DNA of 51,022 nucleotides, the filler included, from Catajapyx aquilonaris (taxonomy: Eukaryota): NCBI GenBank assembly GCA_000934665.2. It is 2 parts of 2 records of this genome, joined end to end, with 100 filler letters (N's around TTAATTAATTAA, not from the genome) between each part and the next. Parts side by side here need not be neighbours in the genome. Positions count along the whole stretch, not along the records: positions 1 to 25,409 come from JYFJ02005366.1; positions 25,510 to 51,022 come from JYFJ02005367.1. One strand, given 5' to 3'. Position 1 is the stretch's first letter; each line of letters opens with the position of its first letter. Made by a program: the position numbers and the translations under genes. Below are positions 12,730 through 26,009 of this stretch, one piece after another. Below the pieces are notes generated by a model, which was not told the DNA's origin, made no database searches, and saw nothing but the letters and a program-made list of their open reading frames with translations.

Positions 12730-15700
12730 ATGCAATATATTAGTACAATTATTTTTATTTCTTTATCATTAAAATTTAAACGTTGAAAAAAAAAACCTTA
12801 CATCAATTGCATACTTCACTTACTGGTTGACGACGTATGGCTGATATCGTATTTAGATGCACAACATGACACTGTAGCTAAAAGACGGTAACAGGTCCCA
12901 CGTGAGAAGGCGAGAACTCTCTTCCCCTCTTTGTCCACACTTCCCCCAGTATCATGTCCACCTGAAGCTCGACTAAAGAGTGGCTCAGCTGTGTCCAGCA
13001 CGATTAGTATTCTACGAGAGAAGTCTTGCCATTACTGATCCCTGCACAAATTTTGGCCAGACATGTAAAAAGAGAATGGCAACAAAGTTCGGCAACATTG
13101 CCTCTTTAGCCCCGGACTTGTGGTCAGTTGGTAGCTATGGGCACATCTTCCCATCTGGGGATTGGTCGGCAGTTTTTTTTTTTTTTTGAAATTTGTCNCC
13201 CCCCCCCCCCCCCCCTTCCCCACCTGCCCCCCACTGAAAAGCGCGCTGGAGAGCATCTTGCTAACTCGTTCCGAAGGCCTTGGTCAGCAAGATGACCGTT
13301 AACCACGGCGTTTTGAAGGTGTAAGAGAGGCAGCCTTTTGTGCCCCGAACACCAACCCTTCGTAGTCATTACCCTGGCACGTCAGAGACTGGTCTCAAGT
13401 TCACCTTAGGATAAAGACTGCCACTGTTCAAGTGATTGGCTTTTTGGTATTTTAAAAAAATTTTCTCGCGTTGGTAGGTACTATAGGTGCGGTTCCATAT
13501 TTTGAAGGTTTGTAGCAATTTTGCATGCCAACTGAAAATAATGGCCTTATCATGCAACAATGTGAATGTTTTTGGCGCAAAAATGTACTGGGAAGTTGAA
13601 AAATGGCTGAAGGGGAATAGGAGGCAAGAATGATGCACGTGCACGTGAGAGCATGGGGTTTGACGTATTTTATGACTTGGCTGGCACTGCCTTTGTGGAC
13701 TTCTTGAAGGGCGCCATCTGCGGGCCCTTGTCCATCAGGCCAGCCTTGAATGGGGTGGGGTCACACTCCGGAGTCATTACTGAAATTTACTATGGGGAGG
13801 TGTAATATCCCCTCACCTTTTTTTCCCTCTCTTTCTCCTTACCCCTATCCAACCGTTCCCGATAAATTATTATACCACGGCTCCCATACAAGTTTGAAAA
13901 CTTACAGTAATAGATTTAAGAGGTCCATTTTTTTTCTCTCACCCTGCTGCACTGCATACCCTTTCCCAACCAATCCAGTTCATATTGCGGCAATGGAAAT
14001 GGTACGTGTTTGTTGGGTTTTAGCATAATGCCAGGGAAGAAGTTATGAGGCCAACTCTTTGCTAGAAATGTAATTGAAACGCACGGTGGGGGGAAGCCCC
14101 TACTTCTAGTCCCCACCCTCCCCTTTTATTCCCACTCCACCTTCCCACATCAGCAGGGCTAGGAAATGAGACAAAGGAGTTTGGAGTTTTGAGGTTCCCT
14201 TATCCTGGCTTCCCAATCCCCAGGACCGCAGTGATAAGGGGGTCCTCTGGAAATAAATTCGCAATTTGTAGTCCTTTAGAGGCCTCGGTCGTCGTGGTTT
14301 CGACTCCACGTGCGAAAAGGCTCCAGAAAAGGGGTTGCTGAGGGGGAAAAGGGGGTGGGCTGCTGGACACCCTTTTCTGGAATTTTCTTTCTAGTCGTAA
14401 AATTGGGAGCCACGCCCACGTGAGACACATCCGAATGGTCACATTTGGTAGAAAAGCGGGGGATTCCGTGGATATGTCAGGATCAAGCTGGGATTCCAGG
14501 AGTTTAAAACTTAATATCATTTGGCGACCAAATGCAGGTCATTCCTTGTCCAGCTGTCAAATTTACTGCTGGCTTGGGCGCGCTTAGGATCAAAGTACTG
14601 GAGTAAATGAATACGAATAACACGGAGAAAGATGATAACGAGGGCTGTAACCTACAACACACACTTCCACATCGTATGAATCAAAGAGCTTTCTCCTGCC
14701 ATTATTATTCAACTGGAATGCTCCTTTCGTGTCTTCCAACAATATAAGCGGCTGGGGTATATCTCAGGTTAATTGAGAATGAAATATAGTCAGCGGAAAG
14801 GACCTCACAGGTGGCATTCACTCCAACAGATGTCCATTAACAAAGAGTGTTAATGAGTGATATTAACGTCCGCAAAAAAAAAAATCCATTGGCCAAAATC
14901 TGCCTGCGACTGGCCTGCAAGAAAACTGCAAGCTGCTTGAGCAGGAAGTTGCAACAATAATTATGCAACAGTTATCTGTGTAAGCTACCGAAAATAGAGT
15001 GGCAGTGTCACGAGTGTGAAGGCACGCTGCATCAGTAGATAACACCTGTATTCTAAGCCTTGGAGTAGCACATTTTCAAAACGTGTGTCTATCATATACC
15101 GTACACTACAAATGGAGCCATTTTGCACAATATGGTGGTGATAAAACAGCTGATTGAGAATCCTGCCATCTGGTGATTTCATCTCACTTTCTGGCATGGC
15201 GTGGGTGGAGCGTCACATCTTAGTGTCTACTATAGTTGAAAACGTATAGTACGTGTTAGTATTACCTCTACTTTTGTCAGCTAACTCACAGTCAGATTAG
15301 GATATAACCGGCAGCGTATGGATGCAAGTTTGATTATTAGACCATGAGTGCTCACGCCGGCTGGCTGCATTGGAATGGAAATTGAATTAAGTGGCACGGT
15401 GGGCTGTTGCCTTACCGATGTCGAATTTACCACGCATCAAGGCCAAGTTGGCGGATTTCTGTTTCGCTTCGTTTCGGAATGTCTAACGTGCAAAATTTCA
15501 TAGTGGTGTTCTCCTCCGGCATGTAATAAGGAGATTACGGCTCTGAAACTTCAGGGTTTGGCCGTGCAGCTAATAACATCTTGTTACGGTCAAGAGGAAT
15601 CAACCGGTTGGCACAAATGTCGGCGCCGTTGGAGCATTTTCGACATTGTTGAGCTCGTTACATTGTCGGAAGTAAGAGAGGAGGGGGTAGGAGGGGTATG

Positions 15701-18700
15701 GCTGGTGAGCTATGAGGGAAAGCGAGATGTAAATCTTGCTTAGCAAATAGCCCCAGCCTGCTTGTCTCATTAGTCTTATAAAATCTGCGCCGGAATTTCG
15801 TTTTGATTAAACGATGTCATGGGGAAATGGAGAGGGTTGAAAGTTGTTGGCAGCAACTGTCGCTGATTGAAATGATGAGTTAGCAGGCTGCAAGAGTGCG
15901 CATGGTTTCCATGCTACGCGCATGAACAGGAAAAAGACCTATGCTATAGTGCGTGTGTGATTACAGCATGGCCCAATGGCGTGCATCGTGGCCTAGGTCA
16001 GGGCCAAACAGCAGTTAATGCTGCCTGACAATGCTATTTGCCTATAAGTTGTGACAGCCCTATATCACCGGGTATATACTGCTGGGGAGAGGGGGACCAG
16101 AGAGAGAGAGAAAGTGAATAGAAAGGGCGTTGCCAGCAGCAGCCTTTGGCAGATTTCTAGCCCCGAGCGCAATTTCTATAAGTAGCAACCATTGATTATT
16201 AGATGACGCTTGCTGGGGTTGCAATTACTCATGCACATGTTTGCATTTTGCTGGGGAGCCGGTATCAGGGGATGTCTGGCTCGATCAAGTTTCCTGGCGG
16301 ATGGATTTTGAAAGTTCGAAGGTGAAAAGGTCCGCTCGAGCATTGGATGTCCCCAACGGTGTTCATAGGGATTGTGCAACACACACATAGCTTGTATATA
16401 TCATCATCATGTATAGATTTGGCTGCTGGACTATGGGGGATCATTTTGAGGACGCTGGCCTCCTGCTCATATAGCACGGCTTAAGGCCCTTTTATACATA
16501 TAGCAGAGGCTATACCAATATATGCTTATGCATAGCTCAGTTACTGGCCTTTCATATGTCGTTGGTGTGTCAATGCAGAAACTAGACGTAGTAGTGATTT
16601 ACTGTCAAAGTATCATAGCTGACCTCATTTTGTACACTATTATGCATTATACATTTTACATGACAATAATATAGAAAATATGATTTTGTTTGCAGTGGAA
16701 ACAACAACCTTGTGCAGACTATCAAAACAACATGAGCTGAAATAAATGTACAAATGTTTGTCAATTTACAGGCTTGGTCAAAAATAAAGTATTTACAGAA
16801 ATGGACGGCTGTAGAGTCTCTGCGCTTATTATACAGTGATTATACTGGGTGTTCATTATTACAGGGGTTGCCTAAGGTGAAGGATATGTGCATGATACAG
16901 ACATATGAGAATTGGAGTGCGTGCCAATCTTCTTGGAGATCTCCATAGAAAAGGATATCATGTGTGTTTCTGCGTGTGTCAATGGGAGAGGTAAATGTTA
17001 TGTATCTTATTGTTTACCTCTTGACTGGTTGATACCTCGACATTTCTCACTTCCATTAAGAAACATCCTGCATTGAAGCCTGAATTTCAATGCATCATGA
17101 TGAGCTGTTAGATTTAGATTGTATAACACTTAGATCGATTCGTTATAAAATGTTATAGTAAAATTTGGCATCAAGGCCTCATATTATGTAAGTACAACAT
17201 GTCGGGAAAAGCCCAGCAAGCAATTTTTCAATGACATACTTTAACAACTTAAAATTTGGTGTAGATAATCCGTAGATATCATTATTATACTGTATAGCAT
17301 TAAACATAAATCCATAGGCATGTAGGCCTACTCATGAATGTTATTGTGCTGGAGATTTTCATTATTTTAATTCTCTTCTTGGGGGCGGGGGTTAGTAGCC
17401 TATACGTGTTATGCAATAATTATGTGGAAAATATATTTTGAGACTCTCAACTATGGGGATTATAACAAGGGCTAAAAATGTAGAAATGTCTGTGCATTGT
17501 CTGCGACATGTTCGCCGTAAAATGGATAGTACTTTTTACCATTTTTAGCAGCTTATTTTTAAAACATTATGTGGGTCTTTATAAGAATTTATTTTCATGA
17601 TTATATTTCATTAAATCTCAATTCCCATCTCAGTGAAATTTTGGCATTGCAGATTTACTTAATGCCATTAAATATAAGCAAATGTAGCAAGTTGAAAAAC
17701 AGACGGCGAACGTTTGCAGATATGTTTTAGGGGACGCTACGTTGCTGCTGGGTGACAATCTGAACAGCCAAATAAGGGCGTTACATTTTTGGACATCTCA
17801 TGACGTCCACTTCACTCCTTAATACCATTGTTTTGCAACCCCAAATCGGGCTAACTAAATATTACACTTACTGTATAACGTTGGGTTGCATTTTAAATCC
17901 AAAACGTTGTAACGTTAACTTGGAGTAATAATGACGATCCAGAAAATATTTGGTCACATAAGCGTAACTTGTAAGTTTATGTAATAAATAATTTCACAGC
18001 ATGCTTTCAGTTTCTTTGCTATTAATAAGCACTAGACGGAGTGTATTTTTCATCATCTTCTCGAACAATAATTTGGAAAAAGACTATTCTTTCCTAGCAA
18101 ATGCACTTCTGTGTGTTCTTGTTTACCGAGGTGCTCGTTATATATCCTCCACCTAAGTATTGTAATTGGTCCACCGTCAGTGACATTAAATTGTGCAGTT
18201 ACAACTTATTTCAATATCACAGTGATATTAGATGGTCATAAAGAAGCGACATGCTGAAAATTAATATTTTAGCTCAACAATAAACTTGCATTACAACTCA
18301 TAAGCTGATACAAAAACAGCCACCCATATAGGCCTACGCAATAACTTATAATTATGTCATGTTTTACACTTGTTAGTCGACGTATGCATCAGACACCTAA
18401 GCCATGCTCATATATAGGCCTTTTCTGAGCAGGGTTATGTTACATTGTTGCATCCTTTTTAATCGAGAAACTGATAGTGCCATTTTGTGATAATGCGATG
18501 AGTGCTAGGCTTGGTCGACCATGTGAATATTTTCCTGAAGTGGTGCCACCAACTCTCAAGATGGCGTTGAAGGCTACAAAAAAAGCTCTATAGCATTTTC
18601 CTTGAGCGGGCATCGCGTCGTCTCTGTTAGCACACGCCACCTTCCGAGACAGACATCCATGGTCGATATTACTCTGGAGAGGGCTTGTCCGCCATCTTGG

Positions 18701-21700
18701 CACCATTCTTCTGCTCCCACGCATTGGCTACCATTTTCACCCCGGCCCCGCAATACCCCCAGCAGTATTGGTCCTCCGAGTCCACCGAACCCATCTGTCA
18801 CTCAATATCGTCAGACTAGCTGCCACCTTACAACAGGCCCAGCCTTTTTCCGCTTAGGCCATGGTTACAACAGGCCGCTCATAATGGGCTCGACTGCAAG
18901 GTTTGCGACTTGATCATATACAGAAACTTGGAAATGACAAGGTCTAGTCTACGTTCAATAAATTTTCACCTCTGAAGTCATCGCAATGTCTGAGTAACTT
19001 TTGACAGACTGGAACATGGTCAGGACGCGACGAAACACATGGCTAAGAAATGCTTTGCATTGGTAAGTAAATGGTTGTAAATAACTTATGGGCCAAATAT
19101 TATAAACATTTGAACCCAATTAATATTGCAAATATAATGTGTTAAAAAGTACCGTGCATGTGTCTTTTTTTCTTTCGAGAGGGGAACATGTCCACGACCT
19201 TGGCCTTTCTCCTTGTGAAGTTTTGATTGCAGTAATGATTAAATGAACTGCAGTGGGTCACGTTCTTCACATCTGGTTTATGCCACACTTTATAAATTAT
19301 TTACTTCAACGCTAAACTTATGAATTTTGTATAAATTAACCCCGTATTTGAAAATATTGAATATTGAATATACCTTTGTAGATGATCAAGTGTACAAGTA
19401 TCGTAAGTCACAAATGAAAATTCTCAGGAGGCACAAAGAAATAAACATCTATTACTGGTAATTCAGCATTTCATTCATATTATACGTACTTCATGCCATA
19501 ATATATTCGACCATGTGCATTTATTATAGAGTTGCAATATTAAGTAAACACTAAGGTGTAACATGGATTTTGTGCTTACTTACTGGTGAGATCAAATTTT
19601 TGTTCAAAATGTCAGTTACGATACTTGACTATATTAATATTCTCTAATAGCCTACTTGTATAATGATGGATTAAGTTATGGACTAAGGATGTTGTTGCTG
19701 GATACAGTGCAAACACATAGTCTAATGACCATTAGACATGACCATAAGGCATAGTGAGAAACTTGCCTCTAAATCTGAAACCCCTAAGCTGAAACCTATA
19801 CATGCTCCACATGTGCAAAGATAGAGAAAGAGCACATATCCATTGTGATCACTATGTATGTAAAAATATGTTAATAAACTACATAATTATGACTATTACC
19901 TTACACAGCTTGACATACCTCGTATAAGGAAGAATTTTCATTATTATATATTCATGCTGACCTTTTTTGAAAATGTGGCTTCTGTATTATGTGTCTGTGA
20001 AGTCTACCCCATATGAAAGTTATGCAAGCATATAGGCCCTTAATTCCTTTTTGGCCATCGTCGATTGATATTCCCATAAGCCTATTACCACTTTTTTGTT
20101 CACGTGCTATATGGCAACAAATGCATTTTTAGCAAAGCCTGAAGAGGGTAATGGTTGGGATTTGTGACACCGAGTCTTTAGCATTAAAAGAATATTTAAG
20201 GCCAGGTGAAAGAGTTTATCAACAATTTGAGCAATCAATTAAATCAACTGAGTAAATGAAAATTTTGACCTCAGACGTGGATTGCTCTGCCCCTCATCCC
20301 CTGGGCAAAACCGGGGCAGGATTTCTTTTGGTCCCTATTCAGAGGCAAACACTCAGATGAAAGGCCAGATTAATGGCCTGGTCCAAACAAATGGACAAGT
20401 AATCCGGAATTTCGCAGGGAAATAGAAAAAAAGGCAGGCATCGGTTCCAGTAAAATCTATTCTGCGGTTTAAGTGGCTGCAACGGAAACCCCTCACCTTT
20501 GCTAAATAAAACACCAGATTGTAAATAGCCAAATGGAATCGGGGGTGGAAGTGGCCTGTGCAACAGGGACCTGATTGATTAGGAAACATTTTCCTTCGCA
20601 CTGCAGGTCAACGACCCACAGAATAATCCATGAAACAGGCCCAACATCATTGTCACCTGGTCCTACGTCTTATCCCCTAATACAATCCCCAGGTGGAAAA
20701 GAAACTCATTCCGCCGAATTACATTTTGCTTGTTCTTTTGTAGACACAGATTTTAACAAAGGCGCGAATTTAAATAATTTCCATATTTTATGATAGGCCT
20801 ATGCATCTGATGATGTCATATCATGATTCTAAACAGTGACAACTTCCAATGCGACCAAACAGAAAGACACGTACAGTCGTGGCGGGTATCAAGATGTAAA
20901 AAAAAAAATGTATGGGGTTTTCCAGGGGTCCGTCTTCCCATCACATGCAGCAGCCTGTCGGTCGCCTCAGGGATGCTCGATCACGTGTTGGGCACAAAAA
21001 GGGTCAGGGGCTTCCCAAACAGGCTCCCAGGACCAAAGTCCAGCGACATTCAAGACGATGGCCCATTCCATGGCGAATTTGAGACTTGTAATCCTATATG
21101 GTCTCACCCCCAACGGGCGCAGCTCCTACCCCATTCATCTCGCAAAATTTGGCAATGAATTATTCGCAAATCACAGACACACATGTAAAGACTCGGGCTT
21201 TTTTTTAAAAAAAAAGTCCCTCCACTTAATTCTGCATCACACGTCGGCTCAATTAGGCCTACCCCAAGCATAACATGTTGAGAAAAAAAATTGTAAAAAC
21301 CTGAGTCACGTTGCATTTTTTGCTATCAAAGGACCAGTCAAGCCCTTTTTGTACTCATTTAGTGTCTCACTTTTTTGCTGTCTTTTTGCCACTGGTACAC
21401 TATCCCCCATTTGTTTGCGCTTCCCCCTCAACATTTTTTTCCCCTCCATACAGTGGTTTGGTGTGTTATTTTCTTCAGGGGCCGTTGGGGAAGGACCCCC
21501 AGGATGTGGAGGACGCGTGCCGAAGAAGAGGGGCTCTCGTTTATGGCCACCTAACCTTTGCAATGATGATGAAGTTGAGGGGGCACAGGTAGACAAAAAA
21601 TAACCCCGAGCCTACTGTATAATCGCTAACCCTCCTTTTTTTGTAATCTAGCACCACCTTTTCTAAACCCCTGTCAAACCTACATGAACTGAAATCATAC

Positions 21701-22961
21701 AATTTGCATAAGTGTCATACACTGACCTTCATCTATCGAAAAGATAACCGGTTGTTTTACGAGCATTTTTCTTACATTTGTCTAGAAGTTTCTCCTGTTG
21801 TTCCGAGTTGCAGACTAATGTGCTGGCCATACAAGCTGGAGTCCAGATCTATTAGATTTAGTGCAGAATACCCTGGAGCTTTCAAGTTGAGTCCAAGCTG
21901 ACCCCTCGTCTCGCATATCTAATCATTTCGGGAAGGGTAGTTGCTGGAGGATATGAATGTTCCTCAAAGAGTCGGTGGCGAACTTTGGGTGGGGGATGGA
22001 TCCATCTCATCAAGGTGGCTTCTATTTAGCCCCCAGTTGAAGGGGGAGGTGGGGGGGGNGGGGGGGGGGTTCCGAGGATAATACTGGCGTAGACCTTCCA
22101 CATAATTACGCGTTCAGGGCAAATTTGACCCAATAAAGCCTGGGCACATGTATTGAAGGGGCCTGATTGAAATCGGATCGATAGGTGGGCGGGGAATTGG
22201 CTCTGCAAAGTGGCCTACCAACTTTAGTTTCAGAGCATAAAATATGCGATGTCCGGTACATATCGAATCGAATATGTTTGCAGCCGTTTTGCGCACATAT
22301 TGGGTCCAGAACTATATTCACGAAATGGTTACCGAGTGGGAAGTGCTACACGATCAGCACCTGTTCTCTCGTGTGTATAGTGATACTGGAATTGTTACTA
22401 ACTTTATCCTGAACCAAATTAATCGTTTTTGTCACTAATCGTCTCATTACAATGCCTGGTTGAATGTCAGTATAGATTATATATAGGTGTAATGAGTTTA
22501 TTTGCAGGTATTGTGGGATGTAAAGGTCATTCGTGGTCTGTAAAAATGGGTTTGGTATGAACTATTACCAGGATTTTTTAATGGCATAGAGAGGGGAGGT
22601 CAAGGTGTAAGTTTGTACATTTAAAAAAATACTGAAAGCGGTGCCTGTGATTTAAAATTGAACATGCGGAATTGCGGATGCAACAGGGGCCAAGTGCTAT
22701 TCATTTTGAAAAATTGAGTTATGCAGTGCAATGTCCATTAACATTTTTGAAATCAAAACAGATGCCAAAGAGCATATGCTGGGCGTTGATATACTAATAC
22801 ACTAATGTATTTAGTAGGGGAAATCAAATATATTTAGATTTTTTTTGCCTTTCCATTAATGCATTTGCCCTTTGAGTGCTAATGATGTACGTACATATGC
22901 GTTTTTCGACTTGTAAATATCACATATAAGTGGATAAATTATATATGATGACCTGAAAAGC

Positions 22962-23283
22962 GGGGACTGCACGGTGATATAGTGGTCAACGTCACAGCCT
23001 TCCACCTCTGAGGTACCGAGCTCGATACCCGGTTAAGATAGAAGAACTGATTTCTCATGTGGATCGTGTTACAAGTTGTTGTCTCCATATTTGCGTAGGT
23101 CTACTCGGGATTCTCCCATCCCCCCCCCCCCCAACTCTATTGCGTCGTACACAATTTGAGTAGACATATTAAGTTTATTACTTTCCCTGATTTCTCATTG
23201 CTTCGGTGTGATTACTATATGAGGTGGTGACGTTAAAAGTTCTTCCGAGCCAGAACGACTGACCCTAATCAAACAACAACAAC
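22962..23283 (+). mobile_element. tRNA-derived SINE (family B), degenerate, (AAC)n tail
   Basis: Head GCACGGTGATATAGTGG...GCCTTCCACCTCTGAGGT shared with 49645-49810; ends GACGTTAAA...CCCTAATCAAACAACAACAAC; 9/11-bp TSD ACCTGAAAAGC (22951-22961) / ACCTGGAATGC (23284-23294). Confidence 0.7.
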
Positions 23284-23501
23284 ACCTGGAATGCAGAACA
23301 ATCAGTTACAGTTGACTGATTTCAAAATATGAGGGTTTGAAGTTATAGATGATTCATTATCCCTTATAGTGGAAGCGGTAAGCGTCATATTTCGGTAAAA
23401 CCTGGCATTTGATGATGAAAGTGTGCCACTTGGCATGGTGCTTCCTAGGACCATAAGGAATGATTCCGGAAGTGGAGCCGAAGATTTCGTCCATTAGGAT
23501 T

Positions 23502-23958
23502 CAAGATGGCGGCCAATAATGAAACTTGCCTCCATTGCATTGTTACAAAATCGGTATTTTTCGCAGGAAATTGACGATTGAGGTGTTGATTCCTAGCAAT
23601 ACGAAGTCGCTGAACACGAATCTAATGTCGGAATATAGTTTGAACACGTTTGAAACCAATATGGCGGCCAACAATCTAAGGGGCCTCCATTGTTACAAAA
23701 TCAGTATTTTTCGCCGTAAATTGACGATTGAGGAGTCGATTCCAATCAATACGAAGTATCTGAACCAGAATCTAATGTCAGAATACAGTTTTAACACATT
23801 TGAAACCAATATGGCGGCCAATAATGAAAATGGCATCCATTGTTACAAAATAGGTACCGTATTTTTCGCAGGAAATTGACGATTGAGGAGTCCATTCCTA
23901 GCAATACGAAGTCGCTGAACACTATTTTAGTGTCAGAAGACAGTTTGAACACGTTTTA
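23502..23958. repeat. Tandem array, ~3 x 150-155 bp
   Basis: Units start at ATGGCGGCCAA (23506, 23661, 23811); each has CATTGTTACAAAAT, AAATTGACGATTGAGG, CAATACGAAGT. Confidence 0.92.
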
Positions 23959-25364
23959 AAGCAATTTTTAACAAAAATGTCCAATTTTGAGTCATCGGTT
24001 TGAACAGCGTGTGTGTGGCTTAATCCAGGAAAGATAAGGTATGGGGTCAAAAGAACTGCAATGGAAATCATATGTGGAGAATAACATATCCTGCGTTCAA
24101 CGCAATTGGAGCTAGGGAACAATATTTTCCGATCAAGTGGTGGGTCATAGAATACTACAATATAACATTAGAAGCGACTGTTTGTTTTCTGGAGAGTATA
24201 TAAATTCATGGTGACAAAGGTTTACACTAGGCCTACATGAACATGGTGAAAAGCACAATCTGCTGCAAACATAGCATAAGGAAAATAATTAATACTCAAT
24301 TAGACCTTTAACCGCATCACAAGACTACTGATCACCACGATTTGCACAGCATTCTGTTATATTCGTAGTCCTCGAAAAGGATAGTGTTCCTACTTTTCTC
24401 TGAGTTCTTTTGTCACCATGAATTTATATACTCTCCAGAAAACAAACAGTCGCTTCTAATGTTATATTGTAGTATTCTATGACCCACCACTTGATCGGAA
24501 AATATTGTTTCGTACTTGGACCAGGTCTTTCCCACATTTGCACCGCAGTTATTTTCTGTAATCTCTGTCAACCAGTTTCTCGTCTATATTCTCATCCGAC
24601 ATATACCTGGTGCACTTTCAATCTCGACTCTGCAACCTGGCCATCACTGTTGCGCAATTTTCTGGCATTGTTGACCCCCCACTGCACCTTTCGAGCTGAG
24701 GACACACATGTTTTCACCGTCTGCGACTAAGTTTACAAATTATACAGATCATGATGCTTTCTCACATATTCTTCTATTCTTCTTTACCTTTCTTCTAATC
24801 TGGATTATTTACCCGCCAAACCGGAAACAAATATAATATGATAGTGATATTAATAATTTTAGCTGTGATAGCTATTATATCATTACCAACAATTTCATCA
24901 ATGATAGCTCGTTTATGGGTTATTCGAGTACAGTACTGTAATTAAGTGACTCATTTACGTAAATGCTTTAGTAAGCACAGTATATTTGCAAAAACCTTCG
25001 CAGATTGGTTAGGTGGTGTCAATATAATCGGAGATATCTTTGTAGCGATTCGCTCTACAAAAGAACGACAAGGATCGAATATGAATTGTATACATTCTTC
25101 CATTTCGTCCTCTTCATAAATTCATATACGTGCAGCTATCTAAGAGATAGATTTTTAAAACCTATTTTCGCCACCATTGTTCCAAGATGGCGGCGGGTTC
25201 CCTAGCTCCAATTGCGTTGAACGTTGGATATGTTATTCTGCACATATGATTTCCATTGCAGTTCTTTTGACCCCATACCTTATCTTTCCTGGATTAAGCC
25301 ACACATACGCTGTTCAAACCGATGACTCAAAATTGGACATTTTTGTTAAAAATTGCTTTAAAAC
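23953..25364. repeat. Nested inverted repeats (168-bp outer arms, 101-bp inner arms)
   Basis: 23953-24120 vs 25197-25364: 4 mismatches; 24118-24218 vs 24409-24509: identical. Confidence 0.93.
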
Positions 25365-25409
25365 CAGCGCCGGATTTACCCCCCCGGCCGCCCTTAGGCA
25401 CTTGGGATA

Positions 25410-25509
25410 NNNNNNNNNNNNNNNNNNNNNNNNNNNNNNNNNNNNNNNNNNNNTTAATTAATTAANNNNNNNNNNNNNNNNNNNNNNNNNNNNNNNNNNN
25501 NNNNNNNNN
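25410..25509. other. Artificial contig linker / assembly gap
   Basis: 44 N + TTAATTAATTAA (25454-25465; palindromic, TAA in all six frames) + 44 N = exactly 100 bp. Confidence 0.93.
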
Positions 25510-25844
25510 TTCCTCGTCTTGCGAAACCTGTTGACATCTTGAATCTAACACAATGGTTATTGCAACTGCTGTTGCAATGTCGATAACTGATGTCGTAACT
25601 GTGACACTTGCCACTTAACAATAGGTTATTAGATTCCATTTTGCTCCATTGCTTATATTTGCGAGAGAGTACCCTAGTTCATATTTTAGATGTGTCATGA
25701 ATCCCGGTTAGGTTAGGTCTATTTCAAGGAAGTTTTGCAGCAGGTTTCAAGAAGAGACTGCATGAAGCACCATTTCAGTATGACAAGCTTCGGCAAGGAA
25801 GGATTTTTACTTCAAATAATGTTTACACACGTAAATTGTAATTC

Positions 25845-25853
25845 TTCCTTAAT
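25845..25853 (+). promoter_or_regulatory. U12-type (minor spliceosome) branch-point motif
   Basis: TTCCTTAAT 11 nt upstream of the MED23 exon, with no polypyrimidine tract between it and the AG. Confidence 0.6.
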
Positions 25854-25864
25854 GCTTGATAAAG

Positions 25865-26009
25865 ATACCATATCAAGTACATGTTTGTTGGTGATATCGT
25901 GAAGCAAGAAACAGAACAGATCATAAGGAATTTGAGGCCAGCCCTACAGATGCGGCTCAGGTTCATCACTAACCTCAACATTGAAGAAATTCCAGCTGCC
26001 ACAACGTAG
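25865..26009 (+). CDS. MED23: Mediator complex subunit 23, last coding exon (gene 5'-truncated at the gap)
   Basis: After AAAG acceptor (phase 2) translates to YHIKYMFVGDIVKQETEQIIRNLRPALQMRLRFITNLNIEEIPAATT*, matching the MED23 C-terminal motif YH.KYMF.GD..K...E.II..L.PAL..RLRFIT; AATAAA at 26174-26179. Confidence 0.9.

Noticed and set aside
18440..19070. GC-richer segment with overlapping ORFs and a TG|GTAAGT donor near 19061
   Set aside because: No homology I can recognise and no consistent exon chain
20880..21010. Faint resemblance to a tyrosine-kinase C-terminal motif (GVRLP...MLD / CWAQK)
   Set aside because: Needs frameshifts, no other kinase motifs nearby; region is homopolymer-rich and may be low-quality sequence
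21479..21588. Exon-like segment with TTTTCTTCAG acceptor and CAG|GTAGAC donor
   Set aside because: No recognisable protein in any frame and no partner exons found
23526..23879. 117-aa ORF with internal repeats
   Set aside because: By-product of the ~150-bp tandem array; no start or splice context and no recognisable domain
23922..25409. Near-identical ORFs on opposite strands (23922-24122 and 25177 onward)
   Set aside because: Just translations of the 168-bp inverted repeat
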